Assembly (NCBI GenBank): GCA_963738405.1
Contig: CAVTWJ010000001.1
Location: 186,142 to 250,141, forward strand
Source: a candidate division FCPU426 bacterium
GTDB lineage: Bacteria; Oederibacteriota; Muellerivitia; Muellerivitales; Muellerivitaceae
Reading direction: 5' to 3'
Length of the DNA: 64,000 bases
The notes under the pieces are model-generated. The model had not been told where the DNA came from. It saw only the letters and a program-made list of their open reading frames with translations, and did no database searches. Below are positions 50,349 through 59,473 of the stretch, in pieces (position 1 is the first letter of the stretch; every line of letters starts with the position of its first letter). Position numbers and translations under genes: made by a program.

Positions 50349-51448
50349 TCTTTCCGCGACCTATCAAGAGGCTCCTGATTTTGGAGATATTACTTGTGGC
50401 TTGTCCTGCCTTTGCGCAACAAACATATCAGGAATTTACTATCCAAGGCAGCCTGATACCGTTGGAGTCAGGCACAAGATTAGACGATAACGTCTTTAGA
50501 GAAATATCGGCGTCAGATGCGAAAATGGATGAGATTATTTCCCTCGATTTCGGGGGAAAGGTTGAGGCTTCATGGGACAATTGGAGGGGGGAATTAACTT
50601 ATGAGGGTGGCGGGGATAGTTATCTAACCTATGACATACTCGACAACATACGCAACGATGGCGTGGTTTCGCTTAATTTTACGTTGGGAAACTTGTCCTT
50701 TTATTCGGAAAAGGAAATTTTCCTGAGGAACAGCCATTATGACGATTTTGATTACACTGAAGACGGTTTCTTGGCGGGAATTCAATGGAATCCCACTAAC
50801 CCATTGAATGTTGAACTGAAATATAAAAACCTTTCCCGTGTATATGGCAGCCAGGAAGATCCGGTGAGAACACAAAATTTCACCGATAATTCGGTCGACC
50901 TCAATGGGCATATGGAAATGGATGACCGGTGGACTTTAGGGTTAGAAGGAAATTATACCGATCGTGAATTCAACCGCTCCGCAGTGGTGGAGTTGCAGGG
51001 TTTTCCATCAAATTATGTGGATGCTACTTATCTTCAGGATGACCAGAGTTATGGGTTAGTTTTATCAGCCCAGGTCTATATTGAATCCATTCTTCAAAAT
51101 TTATCGATTCAGCATGAACGGACTGATTCTAACAGCTACGGATTTTCAAATACGGTTGACAGTTTTTCTTGGGCTGCGGTTGTTAAGCCAACAAAGAACT
51201 TTTATCTTCAATTGTTTGTAAGACTATACGAAAAAACATACGACCAAATCCCACTGATTAATCCAGACTTAAATGTGGGTTTTGCTGATGAGGACAGCCA
51301 AGATTTATTGTCGGTGAAAACAACCTGGGAATTTGAACCCCTATGGTCTGCCGGATTTACATATAGTCGTATGAAAACCGAATCCACCCAACTAGGTGAA
51401 TATTACATAAAGAATGTCGAGGCGCTTCAAGTGGAGAAGAAATTTTAG
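50345..51448 (+). CDS. putative outer-membrane beta-barrel protein
   Basis: Signal peptide, alternating aromatic strands, C-terminal Phe (LQVEKKF). Confidence 0.6.
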   Translation: MIFPRPIKRLLILEILLVACPAFAQQTYQEFTIQGSLIPLESGTRLDDNVFREISASDAKMDEIISLDFGGKVEASWDNWRGELTYEGGGDSYLTYDILDNIRNDGVVSLNFTLGNLSFYSEKEIFLRNSHYDDFDYTEDGFLAGIQWNPTNPLNVELKYKNLSRVYGSQEDPVRTQNFTDNSVDLNGHMEMDDRWTLGLEGNYTDREFNRSAVVELQGFPSNYVDATYLQDDQSYGLVLSAQVYIESILQNLSIQHERTDSNSYGFSNTVDSFSWAAVVKPTKNFYLQLFVRLYEKTYDQIPLINPDLNVGFADEDSQDLLSVKTTWEFEPLWSAGFTYSRMKTESTQLGEYYIKNVEALQVEKKF

Positions 51449-51628
51449 GGGGTTCTTTCCACCTACTGTGGAAACATCCTGGGAAGAGGCCTTTAATTGA
51501 CATCGTTTGACGGGGGTCGATATGATGCTTTATCCACTTATTGTACGGAATGCGCCTAAGGCAAGTAGCTCTTCTGCTTTAGCAAGATATCGGGGAATTT
51601 TGGAATTATCAATCATCGGTGAAATGGG

Positions 51629-52558
51629 ATGAGAAAACCGGATGACGATTTAAAAATCAATATTTCTGAAATTTTCGGTGGCGATTTCACGCCCATGGAC
51701 TCGAAATCGGATGAAATATTGTTAGATGATGCGGGTGTGGAAAGTGCGGATGCTATTGCGGTTGGCGAAGTGATTTCTGAAGGAAATAATGATTTGTTAG
51801 AAAAAACGGCTGCGGAAGTTGAGTTTGTTCCCCCTGTGGATCCCGTTATCATTGAAGAACCTTACTCCGAAGTTCCAGAGCCATCTTCGGGTGATGCCGT
51901 GATTGAAGCGCTGGCGCAAGAAGAGGTCATTGATTTCAACGCTCCAATAAAACCACCCTTCATGATACTTCCGAAGGGATCTGATTCAACGCCGAGCAAA
52001 GCTCCCCAAGTCATAGAACCCATTTCCGGCGATGCGGCGGTGGATCCGGCGGTCCAAACCGAGACGGTGAATGTGGATGCGGAAAAAGCCGCCGCTGCTC
52101 GTGCGCTGGATATTCAAGGAGAACTTTCGTTTTTTCTTCTTTTTGACGAATGCCGGGTCATCATCGAACACGAGGTGAAAGATTTGGTTGGAGAGAGAAA
52201 AACCAGAAGTATGCTGAGTAAAACATTTGAAATGGCCCGTGAAAAATACCCGGATGTATTTCGAAACGCCAATTGGGACGCTTTCGGAAATCTTCTGGAG
52301 GATGGTTCCTTGGATGGAAATCGTATGGCGGAAAATGCTCTTGTGTTCGAGCCTGATCGGCGGGAAGTGGTAATGGATATGGGATTAGGATTTCTGGTGA
52401 ATCTTCGTTTCCAGGCGATCGAGAAAGGGCTTGGAGCGGGTCTTAAGAATAAATTGCGTGCCAGACTGATTCAATGGGTAACCCAGAAGGGAGACATGGC
52501 GGTAAAAGAAGGGAAGGACCCTGTTCCGTACCGCCGTCTCAAAAATTATCTCCCGTAG
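51629..52558 (+). CDS. hypothetical protein (acidic disordered N-terminus, helical C-terminus)
   Basis: 309-aa ORF; TTGACA-N18-TATGAT upstream (~51497). Confidence 0.65.
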   Translation: MRKPDDDLKINISEIFGGDFTPMDSKSDEILLDDAGVESADAIAVGEVISEGNNDLLEKTAAEVEFVPPVDPVIIEEPYSEVPEPSSGDAVIEALAQEEVIDFNAPIKPPFMILPKGSDSTPSKAPQVIEPISGDAAVDPAVQTETVNVDAEKAAAARALDIQGELSFFLLFDECRVIIEHEVKDLVGERKTRSMLSKTFEMAREKYPDVFRNANWDAFGNLLEDGSLDGNRMAENALVFEPDRREVVMDMGLGFLVNLRFQAIEKGLGAGLKNKLRARLIQWVTQKGDMAVKEGKDPVPYRRLKNYLP

Positions 52559-52625
52559 CATGCACTAATTGACACACTTTCTGGCAAACGATAGAATTTT
52601 AAAAGTTTTCGTAGGGTGGTGTGAC

Positions 52626-52814
52626 ATGGTGGATGCCTTATTGTTGGAACGCTGGAACCGGGAAGTGAAGGATGAAATTTCTCGACATAAATGGGTGGAG
52701 AGCCAAAAAGCCGGCTGCGATATCGGTTTTGAAGAGGCGGCTTTCGATTGGCTTGAAAAGTATTATGACTCTTGGTGCCATAGCCGTGATTTCCTGAAAC
52801 CCCATTTGACCTGA
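52626..52814 (+). CDS. small DUF4032-like protein
   Basis: EISRHKWVESQKAGCDIGFEEAAFDW motif. Confidence 0.7.
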   Translation: MVDALLLERWNREVKDEISRHKWVESQKAGCDIGFEEAAFDWLEKYYDSWCHSRDFLKPHLT

Positions 52815-52885
52815 TTTCATTCCACCTAATTATTCCCTCTTGGATTGACGCGATTTTTCAACATTTTTGATTTTGAAGGATTCAC

Positions 52886-53584
52886 ATGTCCCCCAAAATT
52901 CGGCCTATCCAGTTTTCCCGGAATTTTACTCGTTTTGCGGAAGGATCGGTGTTGGTCACGATGGGTCAGACCAAGGTGCTTTGTACGGCGTCTGTTTCCG
53001 AGGAGGTTCCCGGTTTTTTGAAGGGAAAAGGGAAAGGCTGGGTCACGAGCGAATATTCCATGCTTCCGCGAAGCACCGAGGATAGAACTCCCCGGGATGC
53101 GGTCAAAGGCAAAATTAATGGAAGAAGCCATGAGATTCAAAGGCTGATTGGCCGTTCATTACGGGCGGTCATGGACATGGAGGCTTTTGGTGAAAGACAA
53201 ATCGTTTTGGATTGTGATGTCCTCCAAGCGGATGGAGGTACTCGAACGGCATCCATCAATGGAGCTTATGTTGCCTTAGTGGATGCCTTGCGAAAACTTA
53301 AAAGTGCTGGGAAATTAACCGTTTATCCGTTGAAGGAAGCTGTTGCGGCGATCAGCGTTGGATTGGTGGGGGGGCAGCCCCGACTTGACCTTTGTTATGA
53401 GGAGGATTCGAGAGCTGATCTGGATTTAAATGTCGTCATGACAACTTCGGGCCGCTTTGTCGAGATACAGGGAACAGCGGAACGGGAGCCCTTTACGCGA
53501 GCTCAATTGGATCAACTTCTGGATTTGGCGAAAAAAGGTATTCGTCAGGTTTTGGCCACACAAGAAAAAGCGTTGAAGGGATGA
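52886..53584 (+). CDS. rph: ribonuclease PH
   Basis: [42 protein letters not shown]. Confidence 0.97.
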   Translation: MSPKIRPIQFSRNFTRFAEGSVLVTMGQTKVLCTASVSEEVPGFLKGKGKGWVTSEYSMLPRSTEDRTPRDAVKGKINGRSHEIQRLIGRSLRAVMDMEAFGERQIVLDCDVLQADGGTRTASINGAYVALVDALRKLKSAGKLTVYPLKEAVAAISVGLVGGQPRLDLCYEEDSRADLDLNVVMTTSGRFVEIQGTAEREPFTRAQLDQLLDLAKKGIRQVLATQEKALKG

Positions 53585-54168
53585 AAAAGCTTGTTCTCGC
53601 CACTCAAAACCGAAATAAACTAAAAGAAATGATCGAGGCCCTAGAAGGAACCGGCTGGGAAATAACGGCCGCAGTGGATTTTTCGGGAGCTCCAGTGGTG
53701 GAGGAGGATGGGGAAACACTGGAAGAAAATTCACTCAAAAAGGCTAGGGCGCTTTGCGCTTACACTGGTCTTGTAGCGCTTTCGGATGATACGGGGCTCT
53801 TTGTCGAAGCGTTAGGCGGAAGACCAGGTGTTTACGCGGCTCGATATGCCGGAGAAGGTTGTACGTATGAAGATAATGTTCAAAAAATGCTCTCGGAAAT
53901 GACGGGAGTGGAGTGGGATAAACGCCGGGCCCGATTTAAAACGGTGATCACCCTCTGTTATCCTAATCATGTCCATACCCAAGTGTCGGGTGAAGTGGAT
54001 GGTTTTATTACCCTTCAACCCCGTGGCGGCAAAGGCTTTGGATATGACCCTATCTTTCAACCGGAAGGTCAAGAAAAAGTGTTTTCCGAGATGACGTTGG
54101 AAGAGAAGAGTCGGATAAGCCATAGGGGAAAAGCCCTTCAGGCGGCCAAAATATTATTGAATACCTAG
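53581..54168 (+). CDS. rdgB: dITP/XTP pyrophosphatase
   Basis: [35 protein letters not shown]. Confidence 0.96.
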   Translation: MKKLVLATQNRNKLKEMIEALEGTGWEITAAVDFSGAPVVEEDGETLEENSLKKARALCAYTGLVALSDDTGLFVEALGGRPGVYAARYAGEGCTYEDNVQKMLSEMTGVEWDKRRARFKTVITLCYPNHVHTQVSGEVDGFITLQPRGGKGFGYDPIFQPEGQEKVFSEMTLEEKSRISHRGKALQAAKILLNT

Positions 54169-54256
54169 CAGGTCCCTCTCTCCTGTAAAATCCACAAGCT
54201 TATTTGATGTACACTTGCTGGTGACGGATGATCAACAGCCGTTCAATGCCTTTAGT

Positions 54257-54328
54257 CGGGGCGTAGCGCAGCGGTAGCGCACTTGGTTTGGGACCAAGGG
54301 GCCGTGAGTTCGAATCTCACCGCCCCGA
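54257..54328 (+). tRNA. tRNA-Pro(TGG)
   Basis: CGGGGCG acceptor stem, anticodon arm cttgg-tttggga-ccaag, GTTCGAATC; CCA not encoded. Confidence 0.95.
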
Positions 54329-54392
54329 CTAAGGGCATTGGGTAACAACATCCCGTTTTTCTGCCGCGATTATTTCCTTTAACCAAATCAGC

Positions 54393-54469
<77 letters not shown>

Positions 54470-54475
54470 TATTTC

Positions 54476-54505
54476 CCAAATAACTTTTTTCAAATAACTT
54501 TTCTT
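54476..54505. repeat. tandem CAAATAACTTTT repeats (candidate integrase arm sites)
   Basis: Copies at 54477 and 54491; caaataacttttctt recurs exactly at 63881-63895. Confidence 0.6.
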
Positions 54506-54625
54506 GGGTTTTCCTACCCCTCTTTAATCTATACGGATTAGTGGGAATTTCAAGAGAACGTTGAAAAGGTTAGAAATAACCTTATCTTTTGTTTGGTGGT
54601 ATGCTCGATTTGTTAGGGGGTTCCA

Positions 54626-54793
54626 ATGGAGAACGACATTACCAAACCTTCCGTAAACCCAGGGGAGCCGGATCAATGGGATGATTGGGAGGATTCGTTG
54701 TTAAGGGGGATCAAGGCCGGGGTTGAGGAGAGACGGAAAGCCGGAAATATCCCCCCAATCGATCCAGAGAAGCAAACGGACGCTGGTAAATAG
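54626..54793 (+). CDS. 55-aa hypothetical cargo protein (below ORF-track cutoff)
   Basis: MENDITKPSVNPGEPDQWDDWEDSLLRGIKAGVEERRKAG...; AGGGGG SD and TG-TATGCT-like extended -10 upstream. Confidence 0.45.
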   Translation: MENDITKPSVNPGEPDQWDDWEDSLLRGIKAGVEERRKAGNIPPIDPEKQTDAGK

Positions 54794-54898
54794 TTTTAAA
54801 CATCAAGAGGATGGGCTTCCTGCCCGTTGCCAACCTGCCAAGCTCGGCAAGGTGGAAAAAAGATGAGGGCTTAAAAAGCCAACAAAGGAGCAACCGTC

Positions 54899-55162
54899 AT
54901 GGGCTGGTTCAAACAGAGACATTTCGAGAATGGACAACTAGTTACCCACCATTCGTGCTTTGCAACTTGCATGGGTTATTTGGCTTACAAATCTTATTAT
55001 TTTAAAGCCTTCAGAAAACGTCCCCCTCATTGGTTTTTGGTAAGCGCTTCCCTCGTTGACCAAATAGACACAATGCAAAAAGCCATTGAAGCCGGGAAAC
55101 CCATTCCTGATTCAAAGACCCCAACGATAATTATTTTTCCAGCCAAATTTTTCATCAAATAA
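54899..55162 (+). CDS. 87-aa hypothetical cargo protein
   Basis: AAGGAG SD with good spacing; no family recognised. Confidence 0.5.
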   Translation: MGWFKQRHFENGQLVTHHSCFATCMGYLAYKSYYFKAFRKRPPHWFLVSASLVDQIDTMQKAIEAGKPIPDSKTPTIIIFPAKFFIK

Positions 55163-55410
55163 AAGCCGTCCAGCCGGGCCAAGCCATGCCAACCCAGCCC
55201 AGCCAGACGGGGCGCTAATGCGCCGATAAAGGAATGTCCAGGCTGGGGGCAGCCTGGAACAAGTTAATGGCCCCCGGGGGGAGCTGTAACCACCCAGGGG
55301 CATACCGGGGGGAAGAAAACCCCCAGGTTAAAAGGCCGAGATTCTGAGTCTCGGCTGTCTACCCAAAAGCAACCGGGCGAAGGGCCGGGAGAGAGCTAAA
55401 GGGTCTACCA
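55161..55410 (-). ncRNA. candidate structured RNA / 3' end of element late transcript
   Basis: At least six consecutive GC-rich hairpins; last is a 20-bp stem with 8 G-U pairs on the minus strand followed by TTTT. Confidence 0.5.
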
Positions 55411-55414
55411 ACGG

Positions 55415-55747
55415 TCAATAATGGCCAACAGCCATTTCAAACGGATGGCCGATGGCCAACGCGGCCAGGGTGGGACAATCCTTCATGGCAGTTGCGAAGG
55501 CTTTCTCAACGGTAATTTCTGGAAACCGTTTCCGTAAGTCAGTCGAGTAGGCCGTAAGAAATTCGTTAGCCGTCTCCATACTGGGCCTTTCCGATTTCGC
55601 AACCGAATGGACGTTCTTTAAATTTCGGTCATATTTCTGAATCGATTCCATGCTTATTTTTTCCATGCTTTCCGCTCCTTTTTTTATTTTGTTTAGTTGG
55701 TTCAAATACAGCCTTGTTATTTCGAGGTCCGTTAGTTCATTAGGCAT
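55415..55747 (-). CDS. hypothetical helical protein (possibly scaffold-like)
   Basis: Start MPNELT overlaps the upstream stop; DLRKRFPEITVEKAFATAM helix motif. Confidence 0.55.
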   Translation of the reverse strand: MPNELTDLEITRLYLNQLNKIKKGAESMEKISMESIQKYDRNLKNVHSVAKSERPSMETANEFLTAYSTDLRKRFPEITVEKAFATAMKDCPTLAALAIGHPFEMAVGHY

Positions 55748-56390
55748 AGGCAATTTCCTCCTTGAGGAAGTCATCCAAATTTTTTTGTCTCGCGGCCACA
55801 ATGTTTTGTTTCTCAAGGATCAATTCTGGGGGTGTATGACGCGGATCCTTTTGGGTATTAGCCAAGTCAATCTCGGCGGATTTCAAATTGTTTTTTAGCG
55901 AATTTAAAATCTCGGTTCTTCGGGTTTCATCCCTCTTTTTTTGGTCCTCTTCGGCCCGTTGAATTTCACTCCTGGTCAGTTCAGAGATGGCCAGGGTTTT
56001 GTTCGCGGCTTCGCGCAAATCCTGGGCGGTGTCTTGAACCTTTTTTAACTCCTCGGATAACTTGAAAGCCTTCGCCTCGAATTCTTGGGCCTTGGCCAAA
56101 AGTTCCCCAGCTCGTTTTCGGTCGGCTTCCCGGCGGGGTTGGTCCGCGATTGCGTCGGCTAAAAATTCTTTGCGCTCTTTTAGTCGTTCCTCCAGAAGGC
56201 CTACCTCTACTTGCCGTTGGGCTGCTTCCAATGCTTGCGAGGCTCGGATGGAATCATCCCCGCGCAGGGCCCGGGCTTTGGTGTCGGCCAGCTTTGTTTT
56301 TTTAAAACCAAGTTGGTCTTCGCATTTTTTTAGATTTTCTTCAGCGCGAAGGATGCAAGAATCTTTTTGGATTAAAGTATCGACAGGCAT
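55740..56390 (-). CDS. coiled-coil hypothetical protein
   Basis: E/K/R/A heptad-rich 216 aa; GGGGG SD before ATG 56390. Confidence 0.7.
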   Translation of the reverse strand: MPVDTLIQKDSCILRAEENLKKCEDQLGFKKTKLADTKARALRGDDSIRASQALEAAQRQVEVGLLEERLKERKEFLADAIADQPRREADRKRAGELLAKAQEFEAKAFKLSEELKKVQDTAQDLREAANKTLAISELTRSEIQRAEEDQKKRDETRRTEILNSLKNNLKSAEIDLANTQKDPRHTPPELILEKQNIVAARQKNLDDFLKEEIAYA

Positions 56391-56529
56391 GATTTCCCCC
56401 AAATATGGATTTAGGACTGGCAGAGCATGGCCAGAACGGTTTTAAGTTGTGGTGTTGATTGGTGAAACGAGTTCGGAGGGGTTTACTTCTTTACAGCTTT
56501 TCTGTACAAAAGCATTTTAACATGATTCC

Positions 56530-56784
56530 TTATTTCTTGTAAGTCTCAACCTGGGCTAAAGCTGATACCAACCGCGAAGGGCTCCATTTCCGGCCCCTGA
56601 ATGTTTTAATCCCCTTGGCTTGCAAACGCTCGCAGCATTCCCGCAGGGTCATGGGAACCCGCCTTTTGCGCCAAGGAATTACCAGCCCCGCTATTTGTTG
56701 GTGAAATCGAAGTAAGGGCCCCTGACCTACCAAGGCCAAAAGCCTGATCGTTCGATTTCCTCTCTTTGGTTCTAGTAACCGCAT
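56530..56784 (-). CDS. stand-alone Recombinase-domain-like DNA-binding protein
   Basis: TLRECCERLQAKGIKTFRGRKWSPSRL resembles the serine-recombinase DNA-binding domain; AGGAG SD. Confidence 0.6.
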   Translation of the reverse strand: MRLLEPKRGNRTIRLLALVGQGPLLRFHQQIAGLVIPWRKRRVPMTLRECCERLQAKGIKTFRGRKWSPSRLVSALAQVETYKK

Positions 56785-56798
56785 TTTTTAAGCTCCTT

Positions 56799-56996
56799 TC
56801 ATTTCAAAAAACCAAAATTATCCGAAGGCACCCCACGAACAGCTTTTTGACGGGTAAGACACTGCTCACAAAGCCTGTTACCTGCTCCAAATGACTTGAA
56901 CGAATTCCCGCAACCCAGACAATTCCGTAACTTGACCGGAAGACGGGTGTAAAAATAACAAATGCTTTCAACTCCTTTATCTATTCTGGATTTCAT
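56799..56996 (-). CDS. small Zn-ribbon protein
   Basis: RNCLGCGNSFKSFGAGNRLCEQC; ATGA-coupled to terL. Confidence 0.6.
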   Translation of the reverse strand: MKSRIDKGVESICYFYTRLPVKLRNCLGCGNSFKSFGAGNRLCEQCLTRQKAVRGVPSDNFGFLK

Positions 56997-58546
56997 GTGT
57001 ATCTAAAATCTCCGCCGTCCTGGTAAGTATCGCCTCCCCCAAATCGGGCTTCGTCATCATCAAGACGGCCACTTGAATAACCGGACCCAGGCCCTAAAGG
57101 GCCGCTGGATCCGTTGTAACCCATGACATCATGGGAAGAGGATTGTGAGCTTCCACTAGGGCCCAAAAGTCTTTTAGGCCCTTTACCCGAGGCCAAGAGA
57201 ATTGATCCAGCGAAAGCCGTCATGTGGTCATCATGGTCTCCGTTTTGGTGCGTAACCTTCGCGCCTTTCCAAATCAGGGTGAGGCCTTGGGCAATTAAAT
57301 CGTCATGGTCCAATATCTCAACAATCCCGCTGTTAATCTTTGGCTCTAGCAGTTGATAAAGCTCGGAAGTTATTTCATTGGAAACGAGATACCGGACACC
57401 TTCCGCCTCAAAATCTTTTCGGAAGGTTTGCCCTGCGTATGCGTCGCCGGTAACGACTGACAGCCCATACTCGCGGAGAATGCCGCAAAACTTTGTGACC
57501 GCTTTTCGAGGATCGAAGGGAGGTTTACCGGCCTGGGCTTCAATCCTGGCCAGGACAAGTTTCCCCTCTTTGGAAAGGTACGATATGCCCAGGACCGCCT
57601 CATCAAGGGAGCCCCCGGACATATCCACAAAAGCGGAATAGCGGATATCTTTTTCCCGAGGTAAAAATTTCCGGCCAGGGATGACACAGGCAAGGAATTT
57701 ATCCGAGTCAAAAAATACCCCTTCAGCGGCTCCCGGCAGGTTGAGATGCAAGCGCCGGTATTGGTGGGTAGGTAACCTTTGTTTTTGTTGGGGTAGGTAA
57801 AGCGGATTTTGCCAGCTATCTATTGAGGGGTTGGCCCTTTGTTCAGGGCTTGGAAGCTTCGCGGCTTCTGGATCGGTGCAGTAATCCGCGCTGTACCAGG
57901 AGAAAAACATCCGGGGGTCTTTACCAGATTTGCCCGCCTCTTTGAGGACGGCCAGGGGAACCTTTTTAGAAGAAAACAGCGTGTCGTAAGACGTGACCCA
58001 TTGCACAACGTCCCTTTTAGTTGGATCGGGGGCCAGGGCTTCAAACAGGGAGAAATCCTTATAGGCCCAAATCTCATCCAGTCCGCAAAACAAATACTGC
58101 TTCCCATGGGCCCCGGCTACGTCTCGGGCTGGCAATACCTTGAAAGAACCTTTTCCATCCAGCCTTAAAACTTCCTTTACCCTTACTTCTACTTCAGCCT
58201 GTAAAAGGGGATTGTGTTCAATTATTTTTTGAAGTATTTGGAGGTCGTCTTTAGCTTGGTCTTCATCATTTGCCACAATCAAACAGTCATTACCGGCAGG
58301 GGAAGGCCAGGCCAGGAATTTATAAAGACCCGCAAAAATAAGGTCGGATGATTTCCAGTTCTTCTTCGCCCGGCCTGCAAAAACCAGTGAATATTTGGGA
58401 AAGCCTTCTGGGGTGAAAGTGTACAGGGCTTCCTGGAAAATCTTTGCCCTGTAAGGCTCTATGACTTCAGGCAATGGCCTTCCATCCAACCAAAAAAGTT
58501 CTTGAAAGAATTCGGCAGGGGAGACAGGTCTTTTAAGATTGTCCAT
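56993..58546 (-). CDS. terL: terminase large subunit
   Basis: N-terminal ATPase (atypical Walker A AKKNWKSS, ANDEDQA, LDEIW), coupling motif VTS, ANPS; RNase H-like nuclease FVDMSGG..GDAY..GDHDD. Confidence 0.78.
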   Translation of the reverse strand: MDNLKRPVSPAEFFQELFWLDGRPLPEVIEPYRAKIFQEALYTFTPEGFPKYSLVFAGRAKKNWKSSDLIFAGLYKFLAWPSPAGNDCLIVANDEDQAKDDLQILQKIIEHNPLLQAEVEVRVKEVLRLDGKGSFKVLPARDVAGAHGKQYLFCGLDEIWAYKDFSLFEALAPDPTKRDVVQWVTSYDTLFSSKKVPLAVLKEAGKSGKDPRMFFSWYSADYCTDPEAAKLPSPEQRANPSIDSWQNPLYLPQQKQRLPTHQYRRLHLNLPGAAEGVFFDSDKFLACVIPGRKFLPREKDIRYSAFVDMSGGSLDEAVLGISYLSKEGKLVLARIEAQAGKPPFDPRKAVTKFCGILREYGLSVVTGDAYAGQTFRKDFEAEGVRYLVSNEITSELYQLLEPKINSGIVEILDHDDLIAQGLTLIWKGAKVTHQNGDHDDHMTAFAGSILLASGKGPKRLLGPSGSSQSSSHDVMGYNGSSGPLGPGSGYSSGRLDDDEARFGGGDTYQDGGDFRYT

Positions 58547-58874
58547 TTTGTAGCTGCTCCTTTTTGTTTAACAAATCTTTTAGGGTTGGTTTCTTTTCGG
58601 GCTCGGGCTCCAGGACGCCCAACTGGGTTAGAACCCTTTCAAAGGCGGAAGAGGTCCGGCTATAGCTTTCCGGGTTCACAAATTCCCCGCGTAGTAATTG
58701 GCTGTCCATTTTTTCTAACATCAGCGTGAGACTCGCGGCCCGCTTTGCTGCGGCCCGGTCCATTTCGTTGTGGCGTCCCTGGAGCGTTCCTGTATGGGCC
58801 AGGAATTCGGAAAAAAGTTTGTGCCACCTTCTGGCTGGTTTCGTCCGCCCGTCCACGCCTTCAAAATTTTTCAT
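58533..58874 (-). CDS. probable terminase small subunit-like protein
   Basis: 113 aa helical protein overlapping the terL start; ends LTQLGV..KPTLKDLL, a TerS-like tail. Confidence 0.5.
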   Translation of the reverse strand: MKNFEGVDGRTKPARRWHKLFSEFLAHTGTLQGRHNEMDRAAAKRAASLTLMLEKMDSQLLRGEFVNPESYSRTSSAFERVLTQLGVLEPEPEKKPTLKDLLNKKEQLQNGQS

Positions 58875-59366
58875 GGGTTACCCTTCACTTGATTTGTTAT
58901 TTAGTTTGTATAAACGTGAGTCCCATCGGCGGTTTTCAAAAGCCAAGAATCGCCTAGAAAAATTTCGTTGAAGGCCTGCTACCCGCCGGGGGGCCGCTGT
59001 GTCCTGGCCTGTGCAGCCCTGAGTTGTGTTGCTTTGGGCTGTGTGGCGCTGATTCATTGCGTCTGGGTTGATTGATTCATGCGCTGAAGGATCAAAGCAA
59101 TCAGAGGCCAAAGCGTGGACTATCGCGGCTTTATCCAAGGAGTTATTGCCAGCTAGTGGCGCTGTATGAATCTTGTTCTTTTGCTCTCTCATTTCTTGCC
59201 TTTTAGTTACTTAGATAATCAATCTGCGTTTTCTTGTTTACTGACAAAGCGTTTAGAATCATGTCCAACTGCTCCTAGAGAAGTCGGTCAGGTGAAACCC
59301 AGTGCCTGGGCAACCAAACCAGGGATTGAACCCGCGAGCCCAGGGGATCGGTCTTTCGTCCCCTTC

Positions 59367-59473
59367 GGTGGTAACCGGTAACCGGAGTAACCGCAGATTG
59401 GAGGTAATACAGACTCCCCACTTCCTAAGACGCTATCCGGTTTTTGTGGTTACTCCGGTTACCGGTTACCATC
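59367..59473. repeat. iteron inverted repeat, probable replication origin
   Basis: 24-bp perfect inverted repeat tggtaaccggtaaccggagtaacc (59369-59392 / 59448-59471) directly downstream of the primase stop. Confidence 0.7.

Noticed and set aside
51529..51538. TTATCCACT as a DnaA box / replication origin
   Set aside because: Single imperfect copy with no cluster or origin-associated genes.
58878..59192. 104-aa ORF between the origin and the terS-like gene, or a cos/pac site there
   Set aside because: Weak SD, no recognisable motif and no definable packaging-site consensus; cannot be supported either way.
59290..59366. Minus-strand GGGTTCAATCCC T-loop-like motif with small hairpins (tRNA fragment or ribozyme?)
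   Set aside because: No acceptor, D or anticodon arms, no match to the tRNA-Arg 3' end, and no CUGANGA hammerhead core.
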